Source: Eledone cirrhosa (taxonomy: Eukaryota). From it: a stretch of 64,000 bases of DNA. The stretch covers positions 56,420,001-56,484,000 of the forward strand of contig OZ024745.1 of assembly GCA_964016885.1 (NCBI GenBank), written 5' to 3'. Numbering within the stretch: position 1 is the stretch's first letter; every line of letters begins with the position of its first letter. The notes under the pieces were generated by a model. The model was not told the origin of the DNA and did not search any database. It saw nothing but the letters and a program-made list of their open reading frames with translations. Positions 13,394-26,153 of the stretch are shown piece after piece. Both the position numbers and the translations under genes were made by a program.

Positions 13394-16290
13394 CGGAGCA
13401 TATCAAGCATTTAATATACTCAACTTTTTCATGATGTATTGATCTCTCTTTTCTTTCGTACCAACAACGCACACACTTTTTTCTCTCTCTTTTACTGTCT
13501 CTCTCTGCAAATCGAAAAACCTTATGTTCTAAGAGAAGACGCTTAATGGCAGATTTCTTTCATGGTTATAAGTTCCTTTATGACAGATACGTTTTCTGTG
13601 TGATCACTAAAACTATTGAGAAAATGACTTAGGCAAGTTTATTTGCGAAACTATTTTGGGCAAAAGCAAATACAAAATTATTGATATCTGTTGAATAATG
13701 CATTTTTCTTTCGACAATATAGGTTGTAATATGCGTATTTTAGTGCAGTCCTTCTTCAACAATGAGCATTACTTCCCTGTCAGTTGGGAAGCTGTTAGTG
13801 AAAGCAAGAAAATGTTTTCAATCAAGATATATTATTTTTGGAAAAATATGCCAGCGAAATACATGATGGGTGGCAAATCAAAAGCACAAAAAAGGTTGTA
13901 TTCCATATTACAAGATAAATGTGCTTCCTTAAAAATAAAGTACCGAACCAACCTTTCATATATTGTTATTCTCGTCTTGTTAAATAAGGAATCCATTTCT
14001 TTCCATAATGTAGTGGTCTATTTAAGGTAGTATTTTAGTGGCATTGTGTTGTAATGCTTTTGCCTGGTTAAAGTGTGCAAGAGCGACATCGACTGTGGAA
14101 TATAACATGAGAATCCATTATAAAACTATACAAAATAGATTTAATTTCATGATTCTTAACCTAATGAAGTAATTATATATAGGAGCACTTTTTAAATGTT
14201 ACTAACATCTGGAAAATGGTTTTCTGGAAAGTATTTCATGATACGTAATTTTTAAGAACAGGTTTGAAATCTATAGGCTGAAATTATATTTGATGGTAAA
14301 TATCATGGAAAAAGCAAACTCTTTTTTACAAAATGCAAAGCAGTGAATTATACATTAAACGTCTTTACATTATCTACATTATCTACATTATTATAAATTG
14401 TTTATCTAAAATATAGATTGCGTTGTTTTTTTTGATAATGCTCATTTCTCCATTTTGGAGTGTTGAAGTTCACATATTGTTTCATGCGTCATTAAACCAG
14501 AAAACTAGGAACCATAATGCATCCAAACATGTTTAATTTGTAAAACATCGAGTCGATAAAAAATACAAAAGTCTTTGAAGTATCGAAAAATTCATTTTTC
14601 TAGCCGTACATAATTTAGATTCGCCGATCATAAATGTATAGATCACTGTTCTCTATCCTCTGTTATCATAGGTCTGTTTAATCTCCGCGTAAATCTTTCA
14701 TCAAATATAAGAAAAACTATCCTATTATAGAATATTGTGGATATAATTAGGAATCAATACACGTTGAAAAAAATGAAGTTACATGTATGTCACAACTATC
14801 GATTTTCTACAGTAGTTTATGTTTCATCTCATACTTGCCTATTTTTGCTTACTTGCTTTCTGGGAGAACACATGATTAAGCATGAAGAAGAGATTCTAAA
14901 ATAAGTTGTCACAATTTCTTTTTCATTCACGTCTATTTTCATTTATTAATATTCTTTTTATAGTGCATAACGAGAACATTTATATACTCTCTCTGATAAA
15001 AAAAAAAAATAATCACTGGATATATTTTAATGAAATGCAAACCTAAAGAAAACATAAATATTCTGTTTATATCTAGTAAATATATTCTTTCAGCATTCTC
15101 TGCAACACATATCCTACTAGGCATCAGTTAAGAATGTGTTTGTGATATGTCACTAGAAAAATATAGCTTTAAAAAAATATTCTTATGTAATGACTTCAGC
15201 GAGTTATACGTTTTATTTACTGTCACTTGAAATAATTTTAGAACAAACTTCTGGATTTCAAAAGTAACATTATATAATAGGGTTTTTAGTGCAACGATGC
15301 ATTCGAAAAGAAGGTAATATTCAGCAGAAGTATGGATTTCAGTTAATTAAAACTATTAATATCTTTAGAGAATGCATATATTTATATCAATTTGGTTCAA
15401 TATTTAAATTTAAATATAAAATCAACGTATTGAGAAATAGTTTAATTACATTAGATAGGTACTCGTTGACTTAACAATATAATAATTTGCTGCCGAAGTC
15501 ATATATAATGCATTACTAATATTAAGTGCTGAATATTATAAGCAGTCGTATGTGATTGCCTAAATTCTATTCATAGAATTGGTGATCACTATGTTACACC
15601 GTCAATATTATTTTCAGACATATTCATATCCATATATAGATAGAACTAGATATATGCTCTGTAAGAACATAATACTGTATATGAAAAGATAAATTAATTT
15701 TACCCCATTTTCATTGACCAAATAAACATTCGTTTACATGATGCGTGTTGGCCATCTAGAACTCAGTTCAGAATAAGCAAAATTCTTGTAAATAGTTTGG
15801 TTAAATAATTGTGCACATATGTTGTAAATTATTATCTCAACCTTCGTATTCATTCAGTAAATTACCAGCTAAGCCACTTTAAATTTTCACAATTATCTCC
15901 CACTGATTGTTTGGTAGGTAATTTGTCTTATACGTAAAATTAATATCACATTGTGTAGCATATTTTGCGAAAGAGTTTAAACGCCTATCCTTTTATGGAA
16001 AATTATCAAGCAATGCAGTATATGTATCATTCTTGGGCAACGTAAATTATGTGTTATTTTTAAGGTAATAATAACTCAGTACGAATAGAAAACTCAAAGG
16101 TCAGTGGCTGAATTTGTTATCCGACAAAAGAAATTCGTTGAATGTACCAAAGTATGCGAAATCTTCTGAACAGATATAACAGTAGCCAACGAATGGACCT
16201 CCAGGAAGTCGATCTATCGGGCACAAAGAAAAGATCAATCTCTAAAATTCATAAGTTACCAAGGGAATGCCGATGGGATAATGTAATCTT

Positions 16291-16325
<35 letters not shown>

Positions 16326-16947
16326 TTCGCATACACACGTACATGCTCTCACACAAACACCCACACATAAAACAATCCTCGGGTGGTTTTGACTGCAATA
16401 TTCTAGCAGGATAAGTTTGGGGTGAAATGTTAACATTAATAACAACAATAACAGCAAATTTACAACTAACAGAACGGTTATACTATATCGTTATAGGAAT
16501 ACTATTATATAATACATTTGCACAGTGATAGTATATAGATATCAATTGCAGATGCAAAATTAACTTTGCAATAATGATTGAATAAACACGGCCATGTCAG
16601 ATTATGATGAGGGAAATATGGAGATTACATAACGGATGATCCTCTATGTAGGAAAATATTTTTTTTTAGTGTGTTATAAACATTATAAACTAAACTCCAG
16701 TGCCTACGATTTTCTCAACTATGAAAACGGTCGTATACCAATGCGCATTTGAGCATCAGTTGTGTGGGGGAAAGGACTATTTCCCAGCAGTAAACATTAA
16801 TTATTTTCTACTCTATGAAACTAAATAACATATTACATTTTCAGACAACTAAAATTCTAATGATATTTCTCAATATTGTGTTATCAACATGTCATTTCTT
16901 GACATGCTTAATCCAATGAATAATTCTGCCAGTTCAGTGTGCAAGTA

Positions 16948-17042
16948 TAAGCATTGTATTCGCTATTTGTTTTGGTCCTCTGAGTTTTGAGTTCAAACCG
17001 CGCCGAGGTAAAATTTACTTTTAATAACTCCGGAACCGATCG
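16948..17042 (+). mobile_element. Degenerate SINE (octopus-type family)
   Basis: GAGTTCAAACCGCGCCGAGGT core shared with 28960, 37375, 39030, 39690 and 51730 copies. Confidence 0.55.
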
Positions 17043-18058
17043 CGATAGATTAGTTAGGGCTTTGGAAGTCTATTTCTGTTTTTATATCACATTATATATT
17101 TGGTAATCCAAAAATTGGTGACTGGGGCCCCTATTATTAGAACATACAAAACAAAATCAACATCATATGACATTCAGCTGTACGTGAAGCCGGATAAATT
17201 TACGCATGTATGGACCGTAAATCATAACAACATTAACATGTATAGATCAGCATTATTTAAAAATGCGATGGAGGGAGTACAAAAACATCCATGTTAACCC
17301 TTACTCATATGCAAATTTATATTGAAAATTATATGCTAGCTTTAATACATGTATACTTTAAAATAAATATGTATTTTACACTATACGTTTATAGCATTTA
17401 TCTTGCTAATAACCTCTGCTTATTTTCCTCACAATATGTCTTTCTGCAAGGGCAGATTGGAAGAATCTGTAAAATCGTAAAAACAATTATCAGTGATAAT
17501 TAGGAAGAGACCTTTATCTTATGAATTCAAATGACGATGAAGTAAAGTTTGTTATTTATCATACCATCTTTCCTACAGTAAAATACCAGGCAATTTCTGC
17601 TTACCTTTAATTTACTATGCCATCCTATATATCTGAACATGTACCAATGTTAGAAACAGGTGGGTCCATGCTGCATTCATTGTTTCTTAGTGAAATACTT
17701 GTATCAGTGGCATGTCATAAACTGGTGCAAATGAATTCTACTTTAAATAAGAGATGTATTTTAAATTATCGAACAGTTTTCAATTCCATTATATTATATT
17801 AGGTGTTCCAGTATATGTTGGCTAACAGTATTTGTAGTCGTACAAAGCACTTCCACATTTATTACAAGGCATATAGATGTATGTACTATATACATGTGTA
17901 TGAATGTTTAATTGAATAATTAAGCACATACACGCACCGCACACACTCGCCTTCGTATAAGTATGTATATATTTCGATTGCTGTCTATCTATCTATTTAG
18001 CTCTCTCTCGCCCCCTCTCTCTATATATATTTATATCATATTTATATATATATGATAT

Positions 18059-18115
<57 letters not shown>

Positions 18116-20011
18116 TTATATAAGCTGAGTGGTTGTTTATGTAAAGAGTTGTGTAGATACATCTATTGCAGATACTTTAGTGCATTGTATTTACAGCATC
18201 TTACTTATGAAACTGATTATCAGCAAATATGTATTTGTTTTAGTATATTTACCTGCGATATCACGTCTTATCTTTACATAAATGCTAGGCTAACACTATT
18301 ATTTAAATATAGCATAAGAAATGATTTTTTTTTAATTTTAGATTTATTTTTTTGTAGCAAAACCTCTTCAAGCAATCTTTGGTTTATCTAATCTGTAATC
18401 TGTTTTCCTGTTTTTGTGAATAAACTTAAGTGCACACACCAGAAATAAATGTTCTCCTGGTTGCCTGCTTCCGTTCTTACAAATCCTAACACTAATGTGC
18501 ATTTTAAACAATTTTTATTTCGTTATTATTTCATATTACATTTAGATTTACATCTTTCGTTCCATTTAGAATTTAGAGAGGGCTGTCTTACCGTTGTGAA
18601 ATTCAATATTAGTTTGAATCTTTTACTAATATATGTTATATGATCGCAACTAGCCATATTAATTTTCTTTATTTGCTTTTCATTTTCATTTGTTCCATGC
18701 ATTGAACTCCATTCTTTTCACGCCTGTTGTCTTCAGTTGAATATTACTATATTTATTTTTCAGTGCAACAATAGATTATCACTATCTTCATAAAAGTTAA
18801 AAAATGCTCCTGAAAGCAAAATACGGCACGCTTTATAAACATAATTTTTCCCAATAAAGCATGTTCACAGAGTGCCTAACTGCTGAAGCTACACTATGAC
18901 ATTTGAAGTATCCAGAATATTAGACAAAATTATGAAAATAGAATTAGAGGCTTTAAAATTATTTTGACTACAGAAAATAATCTAATAACAAGGCATATGA
19001 ATCCAGAAAAATGTGTTCTATATTTACAATTATTGTAATATTTGTATTAATATTAAAGTGTTGAAAGTGATGCCCAACAATGGTTGACTTTAAACGTATA
19101 ATTAATTTGACAGAGAAATCAGTTTAATATGTCGTTGAGTGTAATCACAAACAAAACTAAACATTCCCCTCATCTCTGCAGTTCATTCTAAGAGGTATAT
19201 CGTGACGAATTATCGAAATCTGGACGATACTGTATTATATACTGAATTAAGTATCAGACATAGTATTAGCATTAAAATGAAAAGCGATTGAGTAAAGGAT
19301 AAATCTCGGATGACGGAATCAGCACACTGACTATATGCTGTTGTCATTTGTGCGAAATGATCGAGGTTTGAAGAGATTCCAGATAAAGACTATAGTGTAC
19401 ATATTAATCATATATTCAATCCATCTTTCCCCATTTTAGAACGTGTACTGTGATCTGAAGTAGTTTAGGCTGGTGTTTTAGAAGATGGAGCGAACAGGCA
19501 ATGACTCCTTCAGTAGCATAAGAACTTTGTATAATAATATTATGATGTTTAGTTTCAGCTCTTTGCGAAAGTGACTTAAGCGTCGTAACATGGAGAAGAC
19601 TTAGCAAAATTCCATTCCTTTCAAAATTATACAATAAAATATCTTATTCAACAGAAACTGGCATTGTACCAACATCTTAATGTTCCAAATCATTCTTCTT
19701 GATTAATCCAAACCTTTCTCCAAGAACATAAAATTCTGAATTTGTTATGTCTTGGCTAGACTCCAGAATGAGACAAATTGAAATATTATGGAAGAGTTAA
19801 ATCAAAACTAAAATCCATAATTCTTAAACGTAAGAATATTTTATTTAATATATTTTAGAAAGGATGATGAACAATAAATACCAACACTTATGGGCTTCAA
19901 AATGAATATACTATTTAATTATAATAGAATTAGTTATAATGATTATGCTAACGACTTTATTCAAAGAAAAAGACAGAGACGTGGAAGTACATCATCTATT
20001 TCTCTCACTCT

Positions 20012-20116
<105 letters not shown>

Positions 20117-20339
20117 GATAACAAGTTATCGTTATAGGTAATCCAGTTAGAGGTCGTGAGTACTCTGCGTCGTGGATAGTTTTAATGTACGGCTTTGTTT
20201 GACTCAACAAGATGTTTCCATATTTATGCAGCGAGTTCGCGGTAATTCCTATGCAGGTTAAACTTGGAGTAATAATAGTGAAAGAATGATGAGTAACATG
20301 GTTGGCTGTACACTAAGGGGCTTTATTTCAAGTACTGAC

Positions 20340-21148
20340 AATTGTTTCATTAATCAGACGCTGCATGTCAGCACCATAGAAGGACCTTCGCCGCCTGGAA
20401 GTGCAACAGCAATGCCGTTCCTCACATCCCGCTTTACTTTCTCGTATGTGATACGAGATGCCTCAGAGGCAACTTTCCCCTCATATATCCTGGAGCTGTC
20501 TAGCTGAGAAGATCATATCAGTAGTGCCATGTCCAGCACGAAAACCAGATTGACTTTCAGGAAGAACACAATCTGCAATGTGTGTCAGCAGACGGTCCAG
20601 AAGCACCCTACCTAAAACCTTCCCTACGACAGAAAGCAATGATATACCTTTGTAGTTCCCACAATCATTCCTGTTACCCTTTCCCTTGTACAAGACCACC
20701 ATTACTGCATCTCTCCAGTCCTCGGGTACGGATTCAAGAGCCCATATCCTGCCAAACAAAGAGTGAAGATGTTGCAGGAATCTTTCACCACCATATTGTA
20801 GGAGCTCAGCATGTATGCCATCCTTACCTGGAGACTTCCATTGTTCAGCTTCGAGATAGCCACTGCAAACTCCACAAGCGTCGGAGGTTCTGCTAGAGCT
20901 ACTTTCACAGGAGTTTCTGAAATGAGATTGAGGAAATCTCCATTGACGACAGGCGGCTGATTCAAAAGATCATCAATGTGCTCTCGCCACCTTCGTAGAA
21001 TTCCTTGTGAGTCTCGAAGAAGTTCTTTGCCATCCTTGCTGCGAAACGGTGTCACCAGAGAAGAAGACGGTCCATAAACTTCACGCAAGCGACTGTACAA
21101 CAGCTTTGAGTTATTGGAACCTGACGCAGTTTGTATCTCATTGTAATA
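20340..21148 (-). pseudogene. RTE-clade LINE reverse transcriptase fragment
   Basis: VPEDWRDAVMVVLYKGKGNRNDCGNYKGISLLSVVGKVLGRVLLDRL...PESQSGFRAGHGTTDMIFSARQLQ and upstream LREVYGP...RWREH..LLN; frameshifted, internally deleted. Confidence 0.9.
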
Positions 21149-21272
21149 AAAAAACAATGAAAAATTCCCCAATAGGGGGGAGACTTCCGAGAGACATTTG
21201 TGGAGAAAGCCCATTAAAAGGCCACAGTGACCCTGACCACCATGGCAGGTGCCCTCTCCCAGTTTGCCACCT

Positions 21273-24200
21273 TTAATTTACAGACATACTCAGAGTAGGC
21301 CCATTCACTCGGGCTATACTTGCTTCTCTCACCCATCTTTCAACAAAATGCTGGGAAGAGAGCACTTCCCTCTCTACCCTGATTTTCCTTTTCAAATAAA
21401 ATTTGAAAAGGTTAATCAGGGCATCACCGAAGAGGTAAGTGCTCGTCTTCAGCCCTTTCAAACGTGTCCACCATACTATCTCTTTCGCCATGGCCACCAG
21501 ACAGATAAAAACTGCCTGCCCTTCCCGGCTAAAGGAAGAGGGCGGGGCAATACTCACGTTGGACTCAGCTGATAGCTGGATCCGTCCTACACGCGACAGC
21601 AGGTGTTCGACATAAACCCACAAGTCAGCAATGCTCGGACACTGGACGAGTGCGTGCAGGACGGTTTCGTCGCCCTGCGCGCATCTCGGACATGCCCGAC
21701 TGACGGCACCTCCATGCCTGTAGAGTTTATCCCGAACTGGCAAAGATCCTCGGTAGCACTGCCAGGCCAGGGATTTCTGGAAGTTGTCCATAGGCCCCGG
21801 CCCGAAAGTCCTTCCGAAGAGATTGGCTATTTGATTTTCGTCGACGCCTAGAGTTTCTCCGAGTACGTCGTCGCTCTTCCCCTCCACTAATCCTCTATAG
21901 AACGCCAAGGTCGAGTTTCCACCGATCACATTGCCCGATTGGTCGAGGGCTGTGAGTGCCTGAAGACATTCCAGTCACCAAGCGCCCCCTCTCGGTCTTG
22001 GCTTGACCCAGGACTGCAGCATCGCCAAGGAGATGAGTTGGGGAAAGACGTGTCTAGCGAACGGCGACCACACCTGATCACCGTCGAGGAAGAAGTGGAG
22101 ATGTCGTAGACTGAGCGCGTGTCTGCGCATCATCAGCCACGGCATGCCCAGCCCTCCACGTAGCGGGTGTTGACAGCAAATGGACCGCCTGACCATCGGA
22201 GCGAGTCCTTTCTACAAAAAGCGAAAGAGCAAACGCTCCAGCGCAGTAGGCGGGCCTTAGGACAAGGTACGACGGTCAGGCGGTAGTATATGTCGGACGC
22301 GATGTACGCGTTAGCCACCTCCGCTCGACCTTTTAGGGATAGCTTCCTCTCCGCCCATTTCTGGGTGAGAGAAGCCACTCTGCTCGTCACCTCGTCCCAG
22401 TTTTTGTCCGTCTGGAGGTCCGGACCGAACCAGACCCCTAGCAATTTAACCGGTCCGTCCGTCCAGCGCCCGACGGCGCTGTTGGACGGCATGGACCTCC
22501 CTCTCCAGGTGCCGAGCTGCAGGCCCACTGACTTTTCCTGGTTGATCATTGCTCCTGTCACCGCTTCGTATTCTCTTAGTGTAGTGCCGATCGCCTCGAT
22601 GTGTTTGGCGTTCGACACCACTACGGTGACATCGTCCGCATATGCTGACACATATCTTCCGCACCCTAGTTCGCGCGGTACCCCCCTCAACGTCTCCAGT
22701 TTGTGCAGTAATGGCTCGTGAGTCAATACGTACAAGAGGGACGTGAGGGGACATCCTTGGCGGACCGAGGGCATGATGTTGAACTGTTCCGAAAGGTGAC
22801 CGTTCACTCTCACCACAGAGCAGATGTCGCTGTGCATGACAGCGATCTAGCCTCTGAAGACGGGCCCAAAGCCATCCGCCCTTAGGACTGCCGCTAGGTA
22901 ACGATGGTCGACCCTATCGAAAGCTTTCGACTGATCTAAATTGATCAAGGACGCACCCGTGCCAGGGTCCCTAGCTACCCTCTCTACGATGTATCGCATG
23001 AGGTGGAGGTTGTCGTGGATGGATCTGTCGGGAATGGCGCACGTTTGCGCCTCTCCCACCAGACCACCAACGACAAGCTCCAACCTCTTTGCTAGCACCT
23101 TGGCCAACATCTTGAACTATGTGTTTAGCAGAGTTATGGACCTGAAATTATCTATGTTATCCCCCTTGTTCGGATCCATTCTCAGTAGCGCCACAGCTCC
23201 TCGGCTCACAGAGCTGGGAATTCTCCCGTTCTGTTGCCAGTTGCAGTAGACGTCCGTCAAGAGGCCTCCGAACAAGTCTGGCATATGTACGTAATGTTCA
23301 TAGGGCAGACCATCCAAACCAGGCGATTTACCCCTTGTGCAGCCAGTCATTGCCTCCCGTACTTCAGCGGCTGTTATGAGCCTTTCGCAACACTCCGCCT
23401 CAGTAGCCGAGAGCCGCGGCAGTCCGTCGAGGTAGACACTAAAGCCCATCCCTCGATCCGGCCCGCCGCTGCCCCCGAACAGCTGTGCGAAGTGTCGCTG
23501 AAAAGCTTCACACATTTGCCCGGGATCCTGTAGCATGCGCCCATCGTGCTCCACCAAAGACCGGATCGTGGCTTTGTTGCCACGATGCGCCATTGAACGG
23601 CTTGCGTCCCCTCGTGTCTGAGAGCACGCACCCTAGCTCTGACAACGCAGCCTTCGTGCTTTGCATTGAAGAATTGGTCAAGGGCCAATTTCGCCGCAAG
23701 TACGTCGGTCGCGATGCCTTTGCTAAGCGCCTCGTCTAATTTTCTAACTAATTCTCCCTCTGCTCTATTTTTCTCTATTGCTAAAGTCTTACTAAATCTA
23801 ATGGACTCTATTCTAATTGCTCTTTTCAGAGCAAACCACCATTTGTTGTTGACGATGGCCCCCGTCAACGCCCGCTTAACTAGTTCGCTAATCCGGTCTC
23901 TGTAGGCCTTGCGCGCTGGTAAGGACGCGTTTAGCTTCCAGTAGCCGGGTCCTCGTCTATGAAGCCTATCTAAGGCAAGCACACATATCACGAATGTGTG
24001 GTCCGTGTAGCTGACTATCGTGAATTGTGGACAGCATATGCTAGACCTATGTATTTCCCTACAAAATACTCTATCTAGATATGATCTGGATGACCCTATG
24101 CGGTTTGTCCAAGTCCACATTGGCACATTCGGGAAATCTAATCGGTACCTATCAGATAGTTCAAAACGCCTGAGCAGGTTGGTGAGGCTTTTGCACCGTC

Positions 24201-24677
24201 CTCTTCTATCCGCTGATCCCACACAGTCCCAGCGTGCATCTAAGATCCCGTTCCAGTCGCCCACTAACACCAAAGAGCGGGACGTTCCAAGAAAGGTCTC
24301 CAGACACCGGAAGAAATCAGGCCGCCCTGCTCCTGTCGGGGCATAGACGGCTACTAGCCTGAAAGCTTGCCCGTCTCCGCTGGTCACGTCTAGCACCACC
24401 AACTTACCTTCTGGGTCCAGGAAGATGGCCCGTATGGCGAGATCCAAACCTCTGCGAAAAAGCACAGCAACTCCTCCCCCCGATCTCGGACGGCTGGGAG
24501 ATGCGTACACATCGTAGCCGGCGAAGATCGGTTCGAAGGCCCGTGCTTCGGAGATTCTGGTCTCACTGAAGGCCACTACATCTATGTTTAGTGACCTGAG
24601 GTCGTTGAGCAGGTGGCCCTGCTTCCATGACGACCCCAAGCCACGCGCATTTATGCTGCCTATTCTGAGTCAGGTTA
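21273..24677 (-). pseudogene. ORF2: APE endonuclease, reverse transcriptase and C-terminal Cys/His domain (disrupted)
   Basis: APE motifs SETR, VYAP, GDWN, SYLDR, TDH; RT motifs KSPGLDG, FRSITLLNT, LDQSKAFDRVDH, VRQGCPL, YADD; CPRC..ETVLHALVQC; several stops/frameshifts. Confidence 0.95.
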
Positions 24678-24711
24678 TGTTGAAATGGAGTGGAAAAGAT
24701 GGGAAAGACCA

Positions 24712-25622
24712 CTTACCTTACTTCTCGTAGAGGAAGGATGGTTTCTCCATCCCTTTTCACTTGATCGTCTGGTGAAGGGACCGTTGAATCGTCCCTTCGG
24801 CTGGTCGTCGCCTCTTCTGTGAGTATATCCGATTGAGTGTCCCTCCTAGGTCTCTGAAATCACCAACTGCGTTGTTGATTTTCGTTTTAATGTATGTGTA
24901 TTGTTTCTGTGATATTCTTACCAGTCTTATCTTCGTTGGTGTTTTGATTGGTGCTGGTATTATGTAGTCGTGCTGTGAAATGTCTGTGTGTTCAATTATG
25001 TAAGTCACTAGTTTCTTGTTGTGTGTATTTATTGCTGTGCATTTGTTTTTCTGGGGGTGGGGTGTGGTCCTGCTATTTTCTTGTCGTTGTTGCTGGGTGT
25101 GTATGTTTTGTTGTGTTTGCGATGTTGGTGCTTGTGGTGGTGGTGTTGAAGGTCTTGTTGTTGTTGGTGGTGGGGTTGCCGCCGGAGGTGATGGTGGTGC
25201 TAGTGTGGGTGGTGATGGTGTTGGTGGTGTTGCTGCTGTAAGTCTCTTTGCAGTAGCCTTTACCCTTTTTTCATTTCTTCCCTCTCTTTTTGAAGGCGAC
25301 GATGCGCTGCTTCTGGGTTTATGCCTTCTTGCGACCTTTTGCTATCCCTCTCCCACCTCACACTCCATGTCCGATTCTGTGAGGTCGGGGAGTGGTACCA
25401 GCTCTACTCTTTCACTTGCTCTTGTTGGTGATGGTTTCACTGGAGTCTCTGTTGCAGCTGCAGTTGGTATTACTGTTGTTGTTGTTAATACTTCCACTGA
25501 AGCTGCTGTTTGTGATTTCCGTGGCGTGGGTACTGGTGCCACGGACCTATCCTGCCTGCTTGCCGCCTGTCCTGTTGCTGGTAGCACTGGAGCCGGTTTT
25601 GGAAGGAGGGGCGTTATAACCT
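24712..25622 (-). pseudogene. 3' part of ORF1 of the downstream Tx1-like element
   Basis: Pro/Thr-rich low-complexity frames (TPLLPKPAP...TTTT) paralleling the post-knuckle part of the upstream ORF1; lies immediately before ORF2. Confidence 0.6.
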
Positions 25623-25624
25623 TT

Positions 25625-26124
25625 CTTGAGGCTTTTGACACACCCCGCTCCTATCGGCTACTCCCACACAATCCCAGCGTGCGTCTAAGATGCCATTCCA
25701 GTACCCCGCTAACAATAAAGGGCGAGACGTACACAGAAAGGTCTCCAGGCGCCTAAAGATGTCCGGTCGTCTCGCCCCTGCAGGGGCGTAGACGGCCAGC
25801 AGTCTAAAGGCACCACCTTCGCTACTGATCACATCCAAGACCACCAACTTACCGTCCGGGTCCCGGAAGATCGACCTTACCTCGAGATCCAGTCCTTTCC
25901 TAAATATCACTGCCACCCCCCCCCCCCCATTTCCGGCCTGCTAACAGATGCGAAGATCTGATAGTCGTCGAAAATGGGAGCTAGTGTGCGCGTGTCGGCA
26001 ATTCTGGTCTCGCTGACGGCAATCACATCCATTTCTAGCGACCTGAGATCGTTGAGCAGGCGACCCTGCTTCAAGGGTGACCCCAGGCCGCAACATTTAA
26101 ACTTCCTACTCTTAATATGGTCAT
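25625..26124 (-). pseudogene. Second, truncated APE endonuclease N-terminus (upstream element)
   Basis: ATG at 26124 MTILRVGSLN..QGRLLNDLRSL..SETRI..GVAVIFRKGLDL..VYAP..WNGILDARWDCVG, clearly paralogous to 24170-24660. Confidence 0.9.
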
Positions 26125-26153
26125 GTTGGTAAGCTAAGAGAGAGAGGGAAGGT

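Noticed and set aside
17595-17720. Possible host exon ending in AAG/GTAAGC on minus strand
   Set aside because: Stops in all frames examined and no supporting neighbouring exons
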